Assembly: GCA_011109175.1 (NCBI GenBank)
Contig: RDEW01000008.1
Span: 629,954-693,953, forward strand
Direction of reading: 5' to 3'
DNA from: Dicyema japonicum
Taxonomy: Eukaryota; Animalia; Dicyemida
DNA length: 64,000 nucleotides
Below are positions 24,870 to 38,229 of this stretch, in pieces; the stretch's first letter is position 1, and every line of letters begins with the position of its first letter. The position numbers were made by a program, and so were the translations under genes. Under the pieces are notes generated by a model. It worked only from the letters and a program-made list of their open reading frames with translations. It made no database searches and had not been told where the DNA came from.

Positions 24870-26110
24870 GTACTCGATGTGTGAATTCACTGGTCTCTCG
24901 TCGCCAAGATTATGTCGTCAGCATAAGCGAGGATCAGAGTGTTGTGCTGCTATGGGAAGGTATATCGCTCATAATGGACCACTACGAAAAAGTGAGTCAC
25001 ATCAACATAGTCCCGTCAATGCAAATTGAAAAACGCTATCACTCCTCAAGGAAAACCGATTGTAATCAGCACGAATGATGTTGAAAAACTTATCAAAACG
25101 CAAAAAACTATTCTGGCAAACAGCTTGATGGAATCTGCATTTAAACCACATGGGAATGCATGGACTTAAGCAATTACGAATATAATTTCTGTCACCATTG
25201 ACAACTGCCGAATTCTCGCAGTATGGAAAAAACCAAAAATAATCCCAATTCTGAAACCCAAAAAATCCTTTAGATCTAGGATCCTTCAGAACAATTTCAC
25301 TACTATCTGTAGTGTCGAAAATTGTTGAACGTGTAGTATTCCTTTGATTCACAACATGGTTATCTTCCACAATATTCAACATCAACTAATCTCTACCCTA
25401 ACTCAATATATCGCTGATGGATTTAATGATTCCAATCCTCCCAAACAAACTGTCCTTGCATTGAGTGATTTAACCAAGGTGTTTGGTCGAACATCAAGGC
25501 GCGTTCTAACTAACAAGATTTTTGCATCTCGAATTCCTCCACATCTTCAGAATTGGCTAACGAATTTCCTCTCTAGAAGACTTGGTCGAACTGAAATTAT
25601 GTCTTGTTTATTTCACTATCGATTCCTTCCGAAAGAAGTCCTCCCAAGGCTCGGTTGTTCCTATTTTATTCAACTTTTATCTAAGTGACATTCCAACCAA
25701 TCCTAAAACTCCTATCATATGCAGATGACCTAATTATGGCCTTTAAAGACAATGACGGTAATAAAACAACGAACGATATCCAGAACCACTTAAACTGTTC
25801 GAAGAATGGTTTGGAGCAAATCACCAATCTCTTTCTCCGTTGAAATACACCGTCATTGTATTAACAATTCATGGACAAACACTTGCCGTTACAAAACATC
25901 CCAAAATACTTGGACCAACTACTGATTTTTTCTAAACATGTGGAGGAACAATGTACAAGGGCTTCTCGCAAAATTAACATACTGAAGCCTGTGTCTGGCT
26001 ATTCCTTCGGCCAAAGCATCATATAAAATATAAAAAATTAATTCGACCACAATTAAGTACAAAGTCCTTATTGGTCAACATGTGCCTCTATCAACAAACT
26101 ACAAAAATTG
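24870..26110 (+). mobile_element. Degenerate LINE RT (Jockey-like)
   Basis: KIIPILKP, ISLLSVVSKIVER, TQYIADGFN, LSDLTKVF, NWLTNFLS, ADDL, KHPKILG in broken frames. Confidence 0.8.
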
Positions 26111-26559
26111 AAAAGCCACTTTTAAAAATAATGTAACATAACAAAATTATATTAGTCTAATAAATCAACTTGTTGCATTTTCACAGTATCTATTCGCAAT
26201 TTTTTGTGTATTTTAATTTGATTTAAAATCTCTATTTTATTCGTAAATTTTTGGAATAGTTGTGACAACTAGAAAACAGGATTTGAAGTATTCACTATCT
26301 GTGAATGGTTTTCCTATTTTTGCAATCGAATCTTCTAATATTAGTAGTCCTGACAGACTGCTTCCAATAATGTTGAACTTTCTATTTTAATATTTTTTAG
26401 TTCTTCCACGACTTGTTTTCGTGCATCGGCAAATGGCATCTAAATATAATAGTCTAAATATATATAAAACATTTTGGAAGTACACTATTTTGAAAATGTT
26501 TTTATTGAAGTAAATAATCATTTGCAATAATTGAAAGAGCCACATAAAAAACTCAGATT

Positions 26560-27240
26560 GACGATCCCTGGGATAGATTGTATCAATGATTTCTTCCATA
26601 TTGACGGAATCTTGTTCTTGTTTATTTAGAAATTGAAAATTCGTGTTATTGCGGCCGTCGCGGAAGGACCCAGGTGCTTCAGTTTGTGAACGAATGTATC
26701 ATCTGAATTTCAGGACGACGAGTTATCCATTTTCCTGATTACTGAATGCACCATTTACAGGTCAAAGAAAGTCATTTTGTGACATTTATTTCTTCAAACA
26801 ATTCCTAAACGGAGAATCAGGACTTTTGACTAATATTCACATAGTCTTCATAATGTCATTGGGATTTGGACATGATGCTCGATCTCCAATTAATGTGTGA
26901 GCACTTTTCGAAACTCCTTATCAATTTCCATAATACAGTGGAAGAAGTATTTTTTAGTTTTTCAACGTTTTTTGTCGTGTTTCGTGATGTTCCGTGTGAT
27001 GTCTTTATTCAGTTTTGATATCCTTTCAGTTACGTCCACTGATTGTCTTTCCAATTTCTTATTATTATTTTTCGTTTGGATCAGATCTCCCGTTTCAACA
27101 TCAATTGGATGTGAGGGACGCCGACGGCGACAGCGGCGTCGATAGAGCTGAAATCCTCTATCCGGAAGCTGTGGATGTGTAAATCTATAAAATATGTGAA
27201 TGTTGGCCAAATTGCACGTGAGAAGTTTACATTGGTTCTC
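26560..27240 (-). mobile_element. LINE fragment between the endonuclease and RT
   Basis: LKHLGPSATAAITRIFN...IPSIWKKSLI, typical of the RT domain 0 region. Confidence 0.7.
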
Positions 27241-27499
27241 GAGTATGCACTAACTTATGTTTTTGTGGGAGTCTCCCCGACGGCAAGGGGTGTGTTTACT
27301 TGGATAATTGAAAATGATCAAGTCGTCAAAGCTTGTCGGATATGAGGACTCCCGTTGATACAGTTGTGATCAGCATAACATTGAAAACTCCTAAGCCTTT
27401 TTTCATAATCTGCAAAAATTCTTTGGCCAATAGTTCTGTGAAATTGTCAAGATAAACACACTATTTGAGGACTAGACATCCAAATCTAGTCGGATCTTC

Positions 27500-29335
27500 G
27501 CTTGAATATTTTCAAAATATAAAAAACAAGATTGATGAACCTACTACCCTTCAAAAGTTAATCACTCAATGCTCTTGTACGAAAAAGTATTCCTTTTAAC
27601 CTATTTCATGGATGGGTTACTTTCATCCTACAAAATTGCCCATATCGTTGCTAAAAATAATGCTACCCATGTTTCGGGTGAATCGTTAATAATACCTTCT
27701 ATCGCAGTTGTTTTACACGATATGTTGGGACATAATCCATCTGAAATTTTACAAGTAGTGCGACCATTTTGATGTTCCTAGAATTTACTTTTGAGTAATG
27801 ATACGATTCGTCGCCGAATTGACGAAATGGCTGAAAGCGTCAAAGATTCCTTAAAAATATACTTAGAAAAACTGTTTTTCCTTGCAGATTGACGAATGTC
27901 TGGTATGTGATAATAAATCTATATTAATGGCCTATGTTAGGTGGGTATTTTAAATAATATTTTGTTTAGATTTTTTGACGAACAAGTAGTTTTTTGTGAA
28001 GAGGTTTTGTTTATCAAACCTTTGATTGCAGATTCTACCGGAGAGTCAATTTTTAATGTATTGAAAACGTATTTAAAAAAAAAACAAATTCCATTTTCCA
28101 ATATAATCACATGTGCTACGGACGGTGCAATGGCCATGGTTGGCAAGTACAAAGGATTTGCGTCTTTTTTGAAACAAAAATGTCCGAATTTAATTCATAT
28201 TCATTGCGTATTACACAGCCATCATCTGGTTTCAAAAAAAATCTCCGCATTTTTAAATCGAGTGCTGAATCTTGTTATAAAAACGATCAATCGAATTAAA
28301 ACAAGTCCAAAATCTGATAGGATCTTTAGGAAATTTTGTATAGATAGGAATGAAGATTATTTAAGACTCTTGTATCATAATGAAGTTTATTTTTGTTTTT
28401 AATGTTCTTTAGGTTCGCTGGTTGTCCAAAGGCACTGCTTTACAAAGATTTGTAAACTTTTTACCAGCTAGTTTGGACTTTCTTGAATCGAAAAATGAAG
28501 AGGACTCAGCAAGATCGATTTCAGAAAATGAGAAATATATATTATTTAAATTGGATTTTTGATAAATTGAATAAAATTTCCTTGAAATTGCAGGGAAATT
28601 TTGTAACTATGTTTGACGTCAGAGTTACAATAATTACATTTTGTGAAAAGTTAAAGAATTATAGACATAAATTTGAATCAGGAAAATACGATTTTCTATA
28701 TCCAGTATGTGAAGCATTTAATCAATTTGATATAAAAATTTTTGTTGACCATGTAATTAATTTGGAAAAGGAAATGACAATCAGATTTGAAGACGTGATT
28801 AATATGGAAATACCAAGATGGATGATAAATCCTTTTTTGACTAGCACTGTAGAGCTGCAAATGGATTTGCAAATCAATTTATTGGTATTTTTATCATTAT
28901 TATTTTTATAGAAATTAGATATAATTATTCTCACAAGATTTTGTTTGAAAACCAGGATTTGTCTACCTTTTGGCAAAAAAGGAATTTAAAGACAAATATC
29001 TAAAGATTTGGGAACAAATAATTAAAATTTTATTATGTTTTCCAACGACATATCTTGTGGAATCAGGATTCAGCGTAGTAAACAAGATATTGAGCGATGA
29101 ACGTAACAAGCTTGATATCTGCTCGCGAGGAGATGTCAGATTATTTTTAACACGCTTGGACCCTGATATTCAGAAACTAATTAAAATGCATGAAAACCAA
29201 GGCTCTCATTAAATATTTAAAAAAAGATTTTAAGTCCCTAAATTTAATTAAAAAATTAAGTCTTTGTTTCTTTGGTACACGAAATAAGTATACTGACTTT
29301 TTTTTGGTACACCGAAAAAAAGGTGAGAATCACTG
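27500..29335 (+). mobile_element. Buster-type hAT transposase (ZBED5/ZBED8/SCAND3-like) with four mini-introns
   Basis: GESLIIP, SNDTIRRRIDEMA, FSLQIDE, YVRF, CATDGAMAM, IHCVLH, HNEVRWLSKG, FPTTYLVESGFS. Right TIR ...GTGAGAATCACTG followed by ttcTAcaa. Left TIR not found. Confidence 0.9.
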
Positions 29336-29339
29336 TTCT

Positions 29340-30330
29340 ACAAGACGAAGGAACATATTACTAGGTGGAGAAACATATTATGGGCCGAATGGACATATTC
29401 TACAAGAACGAAGGACTTTTTTGGGGGACGCAGTTGCCAAAGGGTCAAAATCTCCGGATATATTCCAAGTAGGACATAGTACCCACACCAATTGATCTCT
29501 ACATTCGTATCCGGGTCTACACGGCACTTTGTTAACCACATCATCGGTCCCTACAGGACGGCTTGGGACCACCGTGGAAGAACATACTGGGGAAAAGACC
29601 TACAAAGGGAGAACTAACTGGAGATGGGCGTACTGGCTTTGTACCTGCAACGTTCTGGAGATAAATTAGGATGCTTAACTAACTAGACAAGTAATTGGAT
29701 GGATATCAAAGAAAAGGGGTACCCGGATGAACTGTCCAGGCCAACCGGCGGACTGATGCCTATTCCATAACCTGTTGTTTAATTCATTTTCATTTCAAGT
29801 TTTCCATCATATCTAGGGCGGACAAATCCATAGAAAACTCTTTTGTACAAGAACCTGGAGGGAGAACATAGATGTTGGCGATAATAATAGCTCCTAGAGA
29901 GGTCTGTACCGAAATCCAATAACTTCTGTGTTTGCGTCTTGTATCAGATTCCTGAATATGGAGGAGTGTTTATCGAACATAATACCTCTCCTGACAAGGG
30001 TCAATAGTCCCCTACCTCGCCCGATTGTCGATCGACTCTCAATACATTGAAACGGATAAATTTAGGAGTAGTGGAATTACCAGAAAGCTTGGTCTCTTGT
30101 AAAAGGCAGATATCAATTTTGTTCCTTTCCAAATATAAACTCAGTTCGGATTCCTTGCCTCTAACTCCGTTAATGTTTAGGCTAAGTATCTTTAAAGACT
30201 TTGGTCCCGGATTCATTTTAACATCTCCTGACATGACGAGTCTTCACCGGAAAAGTGCACGGATATGTAGGAAGTGTCATCCAGGAGGAACTCCTTTAGA
30301 TGGTCGTTGACAAATGGTTCTTTTAGGATA
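29340..30330 (-). mobile_element. APE-type LINE 5' part with a 2A-like motif
   Basis: SGDVKMNPGP, ILSLNINGV, LQETKL, RVDR. Confidence 0.75.
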
Positions 30331-30449
30331 CAATTTTTTACTTGTATCTAACGCCACCAGACAAGGCGAACCACATGACGCACGCTACGTAAAATTAACC
30401 CCTTTAACACGTTTATTAATTTAAATGAGGGTTATCTCATTGTTGTTGT

Positions 30450-31100
30450 ACATTATTATTATTATTAAAAGCACTCCCGAGGAAACATAATTTAGTTAAG
30501 TTTCTCTTGTGCCGTATTCATAACTATCCTCTCCATCAACCTCGACCATGATCCTCTGCTAGGCGCTAGTTCTCTTAGGTAGTCCAGATCGTCTGCCGAA
30601 GTTAGTCTCATACCAACCGCCGATAGGTCTTCGTTCAAAATAGTCGGAAGTGTCGTTCTTGGCCTTCCGCGAAATCCGGCTCCTGTATGTGCAAAGTTGG
30701 TATCCATTGCGACATTTGCGGGGACCTGGTTATTTAAGCGTAACAGGTAGCCAAAGAGGCTCTATCTTGATTTGAAAATATCATCTGACAGCACTCCGTA
30801 TTTGCATTTATTATAAAGGTTTGCATTAGAGATAGGCCAGTTAATCTTGATTAACGATTTGAGCTGAGCTCTGTGGAAAGAGTCAAAACGGTCCATTTCC
30901 CGTTTAGAGATTCCTCAAATCCTAGAGTTGTAGGTTAGTACTAGGATGACAAAAGCTTTGTATATTTTAAGCCTGTGTTTAGTCCTATCCTCTTTTTTGT
31001 GGCTAGGTCGCATACCAGTTGGTGTTTTTTGTGAGGTTGTTTAAGTCCTCTGGAATTGAAAGTTCCCAGAGTGAATGGGAGAAGTCGGTAAAGAATACGA
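30450..31100 (-). mobile_element. RTE-type LINE 3' end with (TAA)n tail
   Basis: YKAFVI, FDSFHR, RYSLFGY, GRPRTTLPTILNEDL, then taataataataat. Confidence 0.8.
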
Positions 31101-31824
31101 ATAAGACATAGTGCAATAGAGATGTCGTCACTACCTCAACCAAACGATATATTTATTAATTTTGTTTCAATCATTGTATTAATCTTTATTTCTTCATTTG
31201 GGGTTATTTGACTGAATATCCCTTCAACTTTCAGATTTCATATTTTCTGCATAAATGGACATATACTTTTTTCCAACACTTTTTAGTATTTTACCACATT
31301 CGGTATCCACAGTCTTTTTTTCATACAATGATTATATAATCTGACTTCACAAACATAATTTCGAATAATTTGTTCACTTTTAAAAGTACCAATGTTAAGC
31401 TTTTCTTAAAAAATTATTGATGATACAATCTCCCATAAGGTTTAAGATGTTACCTCAGTAATATTACTAAAAACAGAATAAGCAGTATTTGAAAATCAAT
31501 ATTAATTACTAATTATAAATTCAATATTACATTTTAAATTATTATTTTCTTAGCATTCTTGAGATCATAATTTTGATTTCTCCCACTATCTTTAACTATA
31601 AAAATTACTAATAATTTAGTTTCAGAAACTTTGAGTTAAAGATTTTGCTTAGTGGATTCACCAATACAAATAGCTGATTGATATTGAATCATGATGACCC
31701 AACAATATTTTTGGTCAATGTGGGCTTTTACCTCTTCAATGTGTTTTTGACAATATTAACCGGAAATTAAATAATTTTGCTATGGCTTTTTGTTTTTAAC
31801 AACATATCAACAGTCATCCTATAC

Positions 31825-32370
31825 CTCAAAGCCTCTGACAGATGATACTTCGAAATATTTCAACAAGATTCGCTAGACACAAGGCTATAAATGAAGTGGT
31901 GAAGCGCGCCCTCGAGTTGGCGGGATACCCATCCATTCTAGAGCCAACGGGCTTGAGTAGGGATGATGGGAAGCGACCCGATGGAATTACTGTCTTCCCC
32001 TTCTCTCGGGGCAAATGCTTAATTTGGGATGCTGCCTGTACTGACAGCTTTTCCCAGTCGAAACTTTTGAGGTCGGCAATGAAAGCGGGAGAGGCCGCCC
32101 GTTTATATGAAAACTCAAAAATAAAGAAATACAGCAGCCTCCTAAACCGTTTTCATATACAGCCAGTGGTCGTCGAGACGAGCGGAGTCTTTGGCCCCAA
32201 GACGGTCTCTTTCCTTAGAGCACTTGGGTGTCTATTGACCAAAGCCTCGAGGGAGCGTCGGGAAACCGAGTGGCTTTTCCAAAGGATATCCCTGGCAGTA
32301 GTCAGAGGTAACAGCCACTCGATCATATCCGCTGGACTTTAGAACGATTTTATTGTTATAAATAAATTTC
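31825..32370 (+). mobile_element. CRE-like retrotransposon 3' end (restriction-like endonuclease)
   Basis: RH..INEVV, EPTGLSRDDGKRPDG, LIWDA, VVETSG, WLFQRISLAVVRGN. Confidence 0.88.
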
Positions 32371-33109
32371 TTGAGTTTTCAACAAGATTCAAACTCGAAT
32401 CCTATTTACACAATACTCGTCCTTCATTCAGAATTTTTGGTTTATGATGTCTCATAAATTTATCACGTGCTAAAGAGAATAAGGAAGTGAAATATAAATT
32501 TCATACAAGAGGTACGTCATCTATGTACTATAATTAAATTGACTGATAGGGTCATGTTAAAATGTAAAAAAACTATTAAACAAAAATTAACAGCCTAAAA
32601 TGAATCGACTCAGTATTTTGGAATGTAATCTAACTTTATCGAAAATACTAGGAGATTTAATTTATTTACCGCCGTAATAATAGTTATTGTATAAAAAAAG
32701 CTGAACTCCTGCGGGTTCATAAACAAAAAAAGAAACGACCACAAACGTTAAAAACGTTTTAGCTACTGCTATGAAAATATTGCAATAAAAGTACATAATA
32801 AACCACTCCATTTCATGCTATTTAATTATTGGGAGAGTAATTGTAATAATCAATAAATATTTAAAATGATACATTACCCCTAAATTATAATTTTGTCATT
32901 CTATTTTAACAGAATCAATAACAAATAATGTCCTTTCTATTAAAATAAATTCTAAACGTTGTGTAAACTATCGCAAAACCACAGCTTCTCACTGAGAAAA
33001 AACTCATTAAAGGAAGTTTTGCTTGGTTTAAACGATGTAATGTTGAATGTGAGATATTTCTTAATTTTTGACCAATTAGGAAAATTTAAACAAATTACGG
33101 TAGTTTTGG

Positions 33110-33175
33110 TTTGACGAGTGACGCCGTCATCAGTGAACATTTCACTGCGGAACCGGATCGTCTATATAGGACACT
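33110..33175 (+). mobile_element. SINE internal fragment
   Basis: ggtttgacgagtgacgccgtcatcagtgaa...cactgcggaac matches 47100-47165. Confidence 0.75.
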
Positions 33176-33284
33176 TGAGTGTTGCACATGCGAGGCTGTA
33201 AACATTATGACTTTCGTGAAAGTGCCTTAGTAGTTTTATCCACTAATTTAACACAAAATTCTTAGGAATTCCGTCGACGTAATA

Positions 33285-33365
33285 AATTTATTTAAAATCA
33301 TCGACAAATTAGAAGAGAATACAGTTTAGGTGATCCCTGCCTCCTTAAGCAGGCATCTTACCTTT
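33285..33365 (-). mobile_element. Degenerate LINE 3' end (LLKEAGIT*)
   Basis: ctgcttaaggaggcaGGGATCACCTAA, then a decayed 3' arm and taaataaa. Confidence 0.6.
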
Positions 33366-33750
33366 TCTGAGTGTTAGTGATCCAGCATACCGATTGAGTC
33401 AATAAATGGGTCACATGGTTGAGTAAATTATAATTTATGTAGATTGGTTAATGAGACCTATATTAGTGTTATCAAAATTATCAAAATTTATGATTATCAC
33501 AAAGCACTTTTAGCACCAAATTAACATTCAAATGTGGAAACACGTAACTATCATCAAATGTACTAAAGCATATAAATGAAATTTAGTATAATTAATTTCA
33601 TGCTTTGTATATTTTTATTTGAATTTTGTACAAAAATGATTCCGAAATCGTAATTCTAATTTTTTTATTTGCGGTTTAATATCAGTTAAAATTTTTGAGG
33701 TTTTCGTTTCAATATTAAAGCTAACAATCATTAAAAACTAAAATTTTTCG

Positions 33751-36700
33751 ATGAAAGTTGATATTTTTGATTCTTTAACTTTTTGTAGGTTTCGTTTCAA
33801 GTCGAAATCAATCAACAGTCTTACGATATACAAGTTGATTCCAATGAAACAGGCCAGATATTGTTGAACAATGTATTCAAATCTCATCAAAATTAGGTCT
33901 CCAGCTACTTTGAAGTGGAAAATGATGTAGTTGTTAACCTTCTTGTCAAAGAAATCCCTGGTCAAATGACTCAACGTTGGATTGTGTCAGATAAAACTGT
34001 TGATTAATCATCCTTAAATATATAAGATTTCAGAACAGATCCCTAATCGTATGATAGCGAGAACCCTTAAAGCTGAGGCATGTCTTTCATATCTTCCAAA
34101 CGAGTTTAACCCATCAAGGATGTCTAAGAAAGGACTGGTAATGTGGATGGGTAATATTTAGAATTTTACATACTCGTTGGTCAAAATTGCTGTCATCACT
34201 GGACAGTTGCTACTGTCCTTTGATGAATTCTGTGATGTAATTGGATATGCGATATGTGCGGATGACAATCTGTTTGAAACGAAAGAATTAACAAGTTATA
34301 TTCCTAAAAAGTTAGTTTACTGATATATGTAGGCTGTTTAGTACTTCATATTTGACAACAGTTGAATGGGAGGATAAGCTTACCGATGTTCGTGAGGAAG
34401 TGTTAGTTTTTTAGTTATAAATAGTGATAGCGATAAATCGTCTGACGAATATAAATTTGAATTTATTGAAAGGATTCAGAAAATGTGCACTGTTCCAAAA
34501 TTATTAGTTTTCGTCAATGATAGTGTAATAAAGTCAATTTTGATTGATGAAAGTGGTTTTCGTGTTCTGGACAGATCAATGTTTAATTAATATGTAATCT
34601 AAGGGAGCCTCCATGGGAGAATATCGATGAAGATGACATTGTAACTTGTAATTACCTAGAAGGCCAATTACTAGTGAAAACGTCAGATTCTGTATTATTA
34701 TTATTCAATAGTTAGAATGAAACAAGAATATTACTGAAGAATGAAGAGGATGTAGTTCTTGTCCAAAATACATTGAATGAGTACAAAAGACTAAACTATT
34801 ATAATAATTTAACAAAATTTGAACAATCAATAAGAATCTGTCAAATAAATGAATCAGGCTATCAAAATACTATATCTAGTGCAAATTCAAGTAACGCGTT
34901 TTTAAACCTCAGCCTCAAGCATAGAAAGTAGTAGCAAACTGTCGACAGCCTCAGATATGGACCAAGTAGTGAGTCCAGTCACTTTGGATGTAAATTTTAA
35001 TGAAAATACTGCAAGACTTTTAGTAAACAAAGAACATAAAGTCATTGACATTCTAAAAATGGTTGATGGTGTAAATTTAGTGTAGGTATCCAAAAAAATG
35101 AATTTGAAAGAATATTGGTTTTATGGACTGCAGTGTGATAACAATACAAAACCATTATATTCTGAACAAACTGTATTAATAATAAATATTATAGATTTCG
35201 TCACAAATTAAAAGTACAAGTGAATTTCTGGAATGCAATGTCGTTTTTTACTGTTTGCCCAATACGACTTGTGTTTCCGATGAGACAAAGGTGATAAAAC
35301 AAAATATGTTTAGTTGAATCTTTACAACCGAATTGTGGAGTTGATTTTAGAGGATAAATTTATGTTAAATAAAAACCAGTCATTTAAAATGCCTGCCATT
35401 TCGAGGATGATTGACTCAAGTTCTAGTAATACCACTAATCTAGAAAAGTACTTTTGACTATAATCAATAGGAAATTTATAGACTCTGAAAAATATCATTT
35501 ATTTGAACGCTATTGCCAGAAACTCCTAAATAAGTTGGATTTGTCAAATTGATTTATAGAAAATTCTCAAAAGTCTTTTATGTTGACTATTTTCTGAGAA
35601 CTGCCAGGAAGAGTGAAACATATGGTCTTTTTAAATTTTTGAAAGTTGATTTCAATGGAAATAAAGGAACGATTTTAATGTGCAATCCAGAAACAATGAC
35701 ATTTATAGACAACGAGTATATTTAGTGTTAATGTTAAGCGAAATTACAGTCATTTACTACAAAGATTGCTCTTGTTTATGTCTGAAGGGTAACCAGATTA
35801 CATTTTACTTGAATAATAAAATGGTAGTAAATTATCATAAAATAGAACACAATTGAGAAAACTGGGGATTTGATTCTCTACATTTATGATGTCATTTCGA
35901 ATTACATGAGGGCATACAAGAACTCTATTGGCTATAGTACTGACAACTTGGAGACTAGAACTATATCTTTCTCTGAAGAAGAACTAAGGTACATTAAGTA
36001 GTTGACTTAGAATTACATCATCTACAATGGAGACTAGAGGTTAAACTTTATTACCACGTTAGATACCACGAGGAGTAAAAAATCATCAAAAAATGAGGTC
36101 ATGATTGTTTAATGGTTCAGATTAGATGTGAATTTGAGTATAATGGACAATTATATCAAATTAAGATATCAAAGTCTAAAATGGCCTTCAAATTGATTGC
36201 AGAGGTTATTATTAGTGCTAATGAAGGCATGTGAGCTGATTGGGTTTAATTACGGAATGTTTATTAATATTGAATATTGTTGTCCTATTGATCATAAATA
36301 TATATTTTTGCTTAAACATAAAAAAGTAATAATTCATTGGTTATGTGTAGTTGAAAAAACAGTCAATTATATATTGCCAAGATACAGTTACGGTTTATTT
36401 AAAGTATTATCTGTTCCCTGATAATGTTAACAAAATTCCTTCTATTCAACATGTTTTTAATAATTTAATAATTAGAATTTATGCTACCAAACACTGAAGA
36501 CAAAATTTGTCAATGAATTCAAAATCTCTGATATACAATTCATCTCAAACATGATAGGACTTGCATTGTTCATTGACTATGGATTGTACGATAATAACGT
36601 AAACTATGACTATCAGAATTACATTCCATCTGAGTATTATCAATAATAATTAGAATACTCCACGATTATCAATGGGAAGAAATATTTACTGAGAAACATC

Positions 36701-38150
36701 AAGACGTGTCAAAGTCAATGAATGTTTACTTATAAATTATATTTATTTAGAATAAAGAAAAGGCTACCGAAAAATATATTCAAAGCTTGCTAAATATTAA
36801 AGAATTCATAAGCAAAGAGATTAATGCGACCAGATTTAATAAAAATCCAGTTAATCAACTATATGCTGGACCAACTGGACTTCAAGTAGACAATTCAAAG
36901 TAAAAAACCTTATAAATTAAAGAACTATTGAATATATGAAAATGAAACATTCAAGCTTTAAAAGAAAGTCCATTTATGTGCCTATGGATATAACTTATTC
37001 GTCTCTGAATAAAATTAAAAAGCTGAGGATTGATTTTACGACAGTAAAGGATAGAAGGAGAGCATACGACTACTTATTACACTATTACTATATTTCCAGA
37101 TTACAAAGTGACCCGGAAACGTTTCAGTTAAATATATTTTAGTTCTACGACTTCTGTTTTAGAAATTACCCAACCCTACAAGTTTATGTGTTTTTATATT
37201 TTAGTGAAATAAAAGCAAAGTAATCGGAAATTACCACATTTTAGAATTCCTGTAACCAAAACTGAGGAGAGAAACAATCATGATACCATGGTTACAAGCA
37301 GATTTCCTGAAAGCAAAATTGAAGAGAGAGACAACAGTGATATAATGATTACTAGCGAAGATGAGTATTTCTATTTATTAAATATTAGAAATACTGATAG
37401 TGACGTTAGTGAAAGTGTGAAAGAGTGATTTTAACTGTTTAAATGTAGAATTGAACAAAAACTGCACGACGAAGAAATTTATATCAAAGAGTATCATTGT
37501 GGTTCTTTATTTTAGGGAGATTATGCAAACTAAAGCGTAAATTATTAAAATAATAAATTAGAAATTCAACACTACCTGATGAAATGGAAGAAAAAGCGTA
37601 ATTGTTGAATTATTTGTAGAGTTACTTTTGGTGAAGAAATAATCGACAAGAAGGAAACTTTGAATAAATTGTGGTTTTCTGTGTTATTTTAGAGTAATTT
37701 ACCTAAAGAATAAATATATATTAATAAGGAATAATGTGAGCATATTCAAAAGTCAATTCTTAACTGTAATGCTACGCACAGACAAGGAAATGGAAAATTG
37801 TATTGATTATTAAACATTTCAGCAATATTTACATTGCTTAAAAGAATATGGACTGTTGTCAACCAATTAGATGCAATTCACTATATTTATGAAAAGTACA
37901 GTAATGTGGCTATTTTGGTATGCTATTGTTTGATATCAGACTGGAACCGAGTCAGTCCAGTTGCACGACACTGGATATGAAATGACTCAACAATACTTAA
38001 TGGAGTTGAACTCAATTGTTGAGAAATTGTATTAGTTTTTGTTATGCTTAGAGGCACTAACAGGGAAAGTGACTTGGCTATTCAGAATGGCTGTAAAGAA
38101 TATGTTTCAACAGCATTTACAAATTTAAGGGTTAATTAAAATTATATCAT
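33751..38150 (+). CDS. Protein with three tandem FERM domains and an unassigned C-terminus
   Basis: Many 20-32 nt introns. Module 1: ETGQILL..SYF..QRWI, ITGQLLL, EWEDKL. Module 2: KKMNLKEYWFYGLQ, VVFYCLP, FLRTARKSETYG. Module 3: LALFIDYGLY, YQWEEIFTEKH, KYIQSL, SSFKRKSIY. The 3' end is uncertain. Confidence 0.72.
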
Positions 38151-38229
38151 TACTAATCATTTTAATAGTTTCGATTTTCGTTAAAAAATTACCCACGAGG
38201 TTTCAGTCCATAACCTCTTTTAATACTTT

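Noticed and set aside
37400-38150. Tyrosine phosphatase domain after the FERM modules
   Set aside because: No HCSAGxGR, WPD or KNRY motif in the spliced frame.
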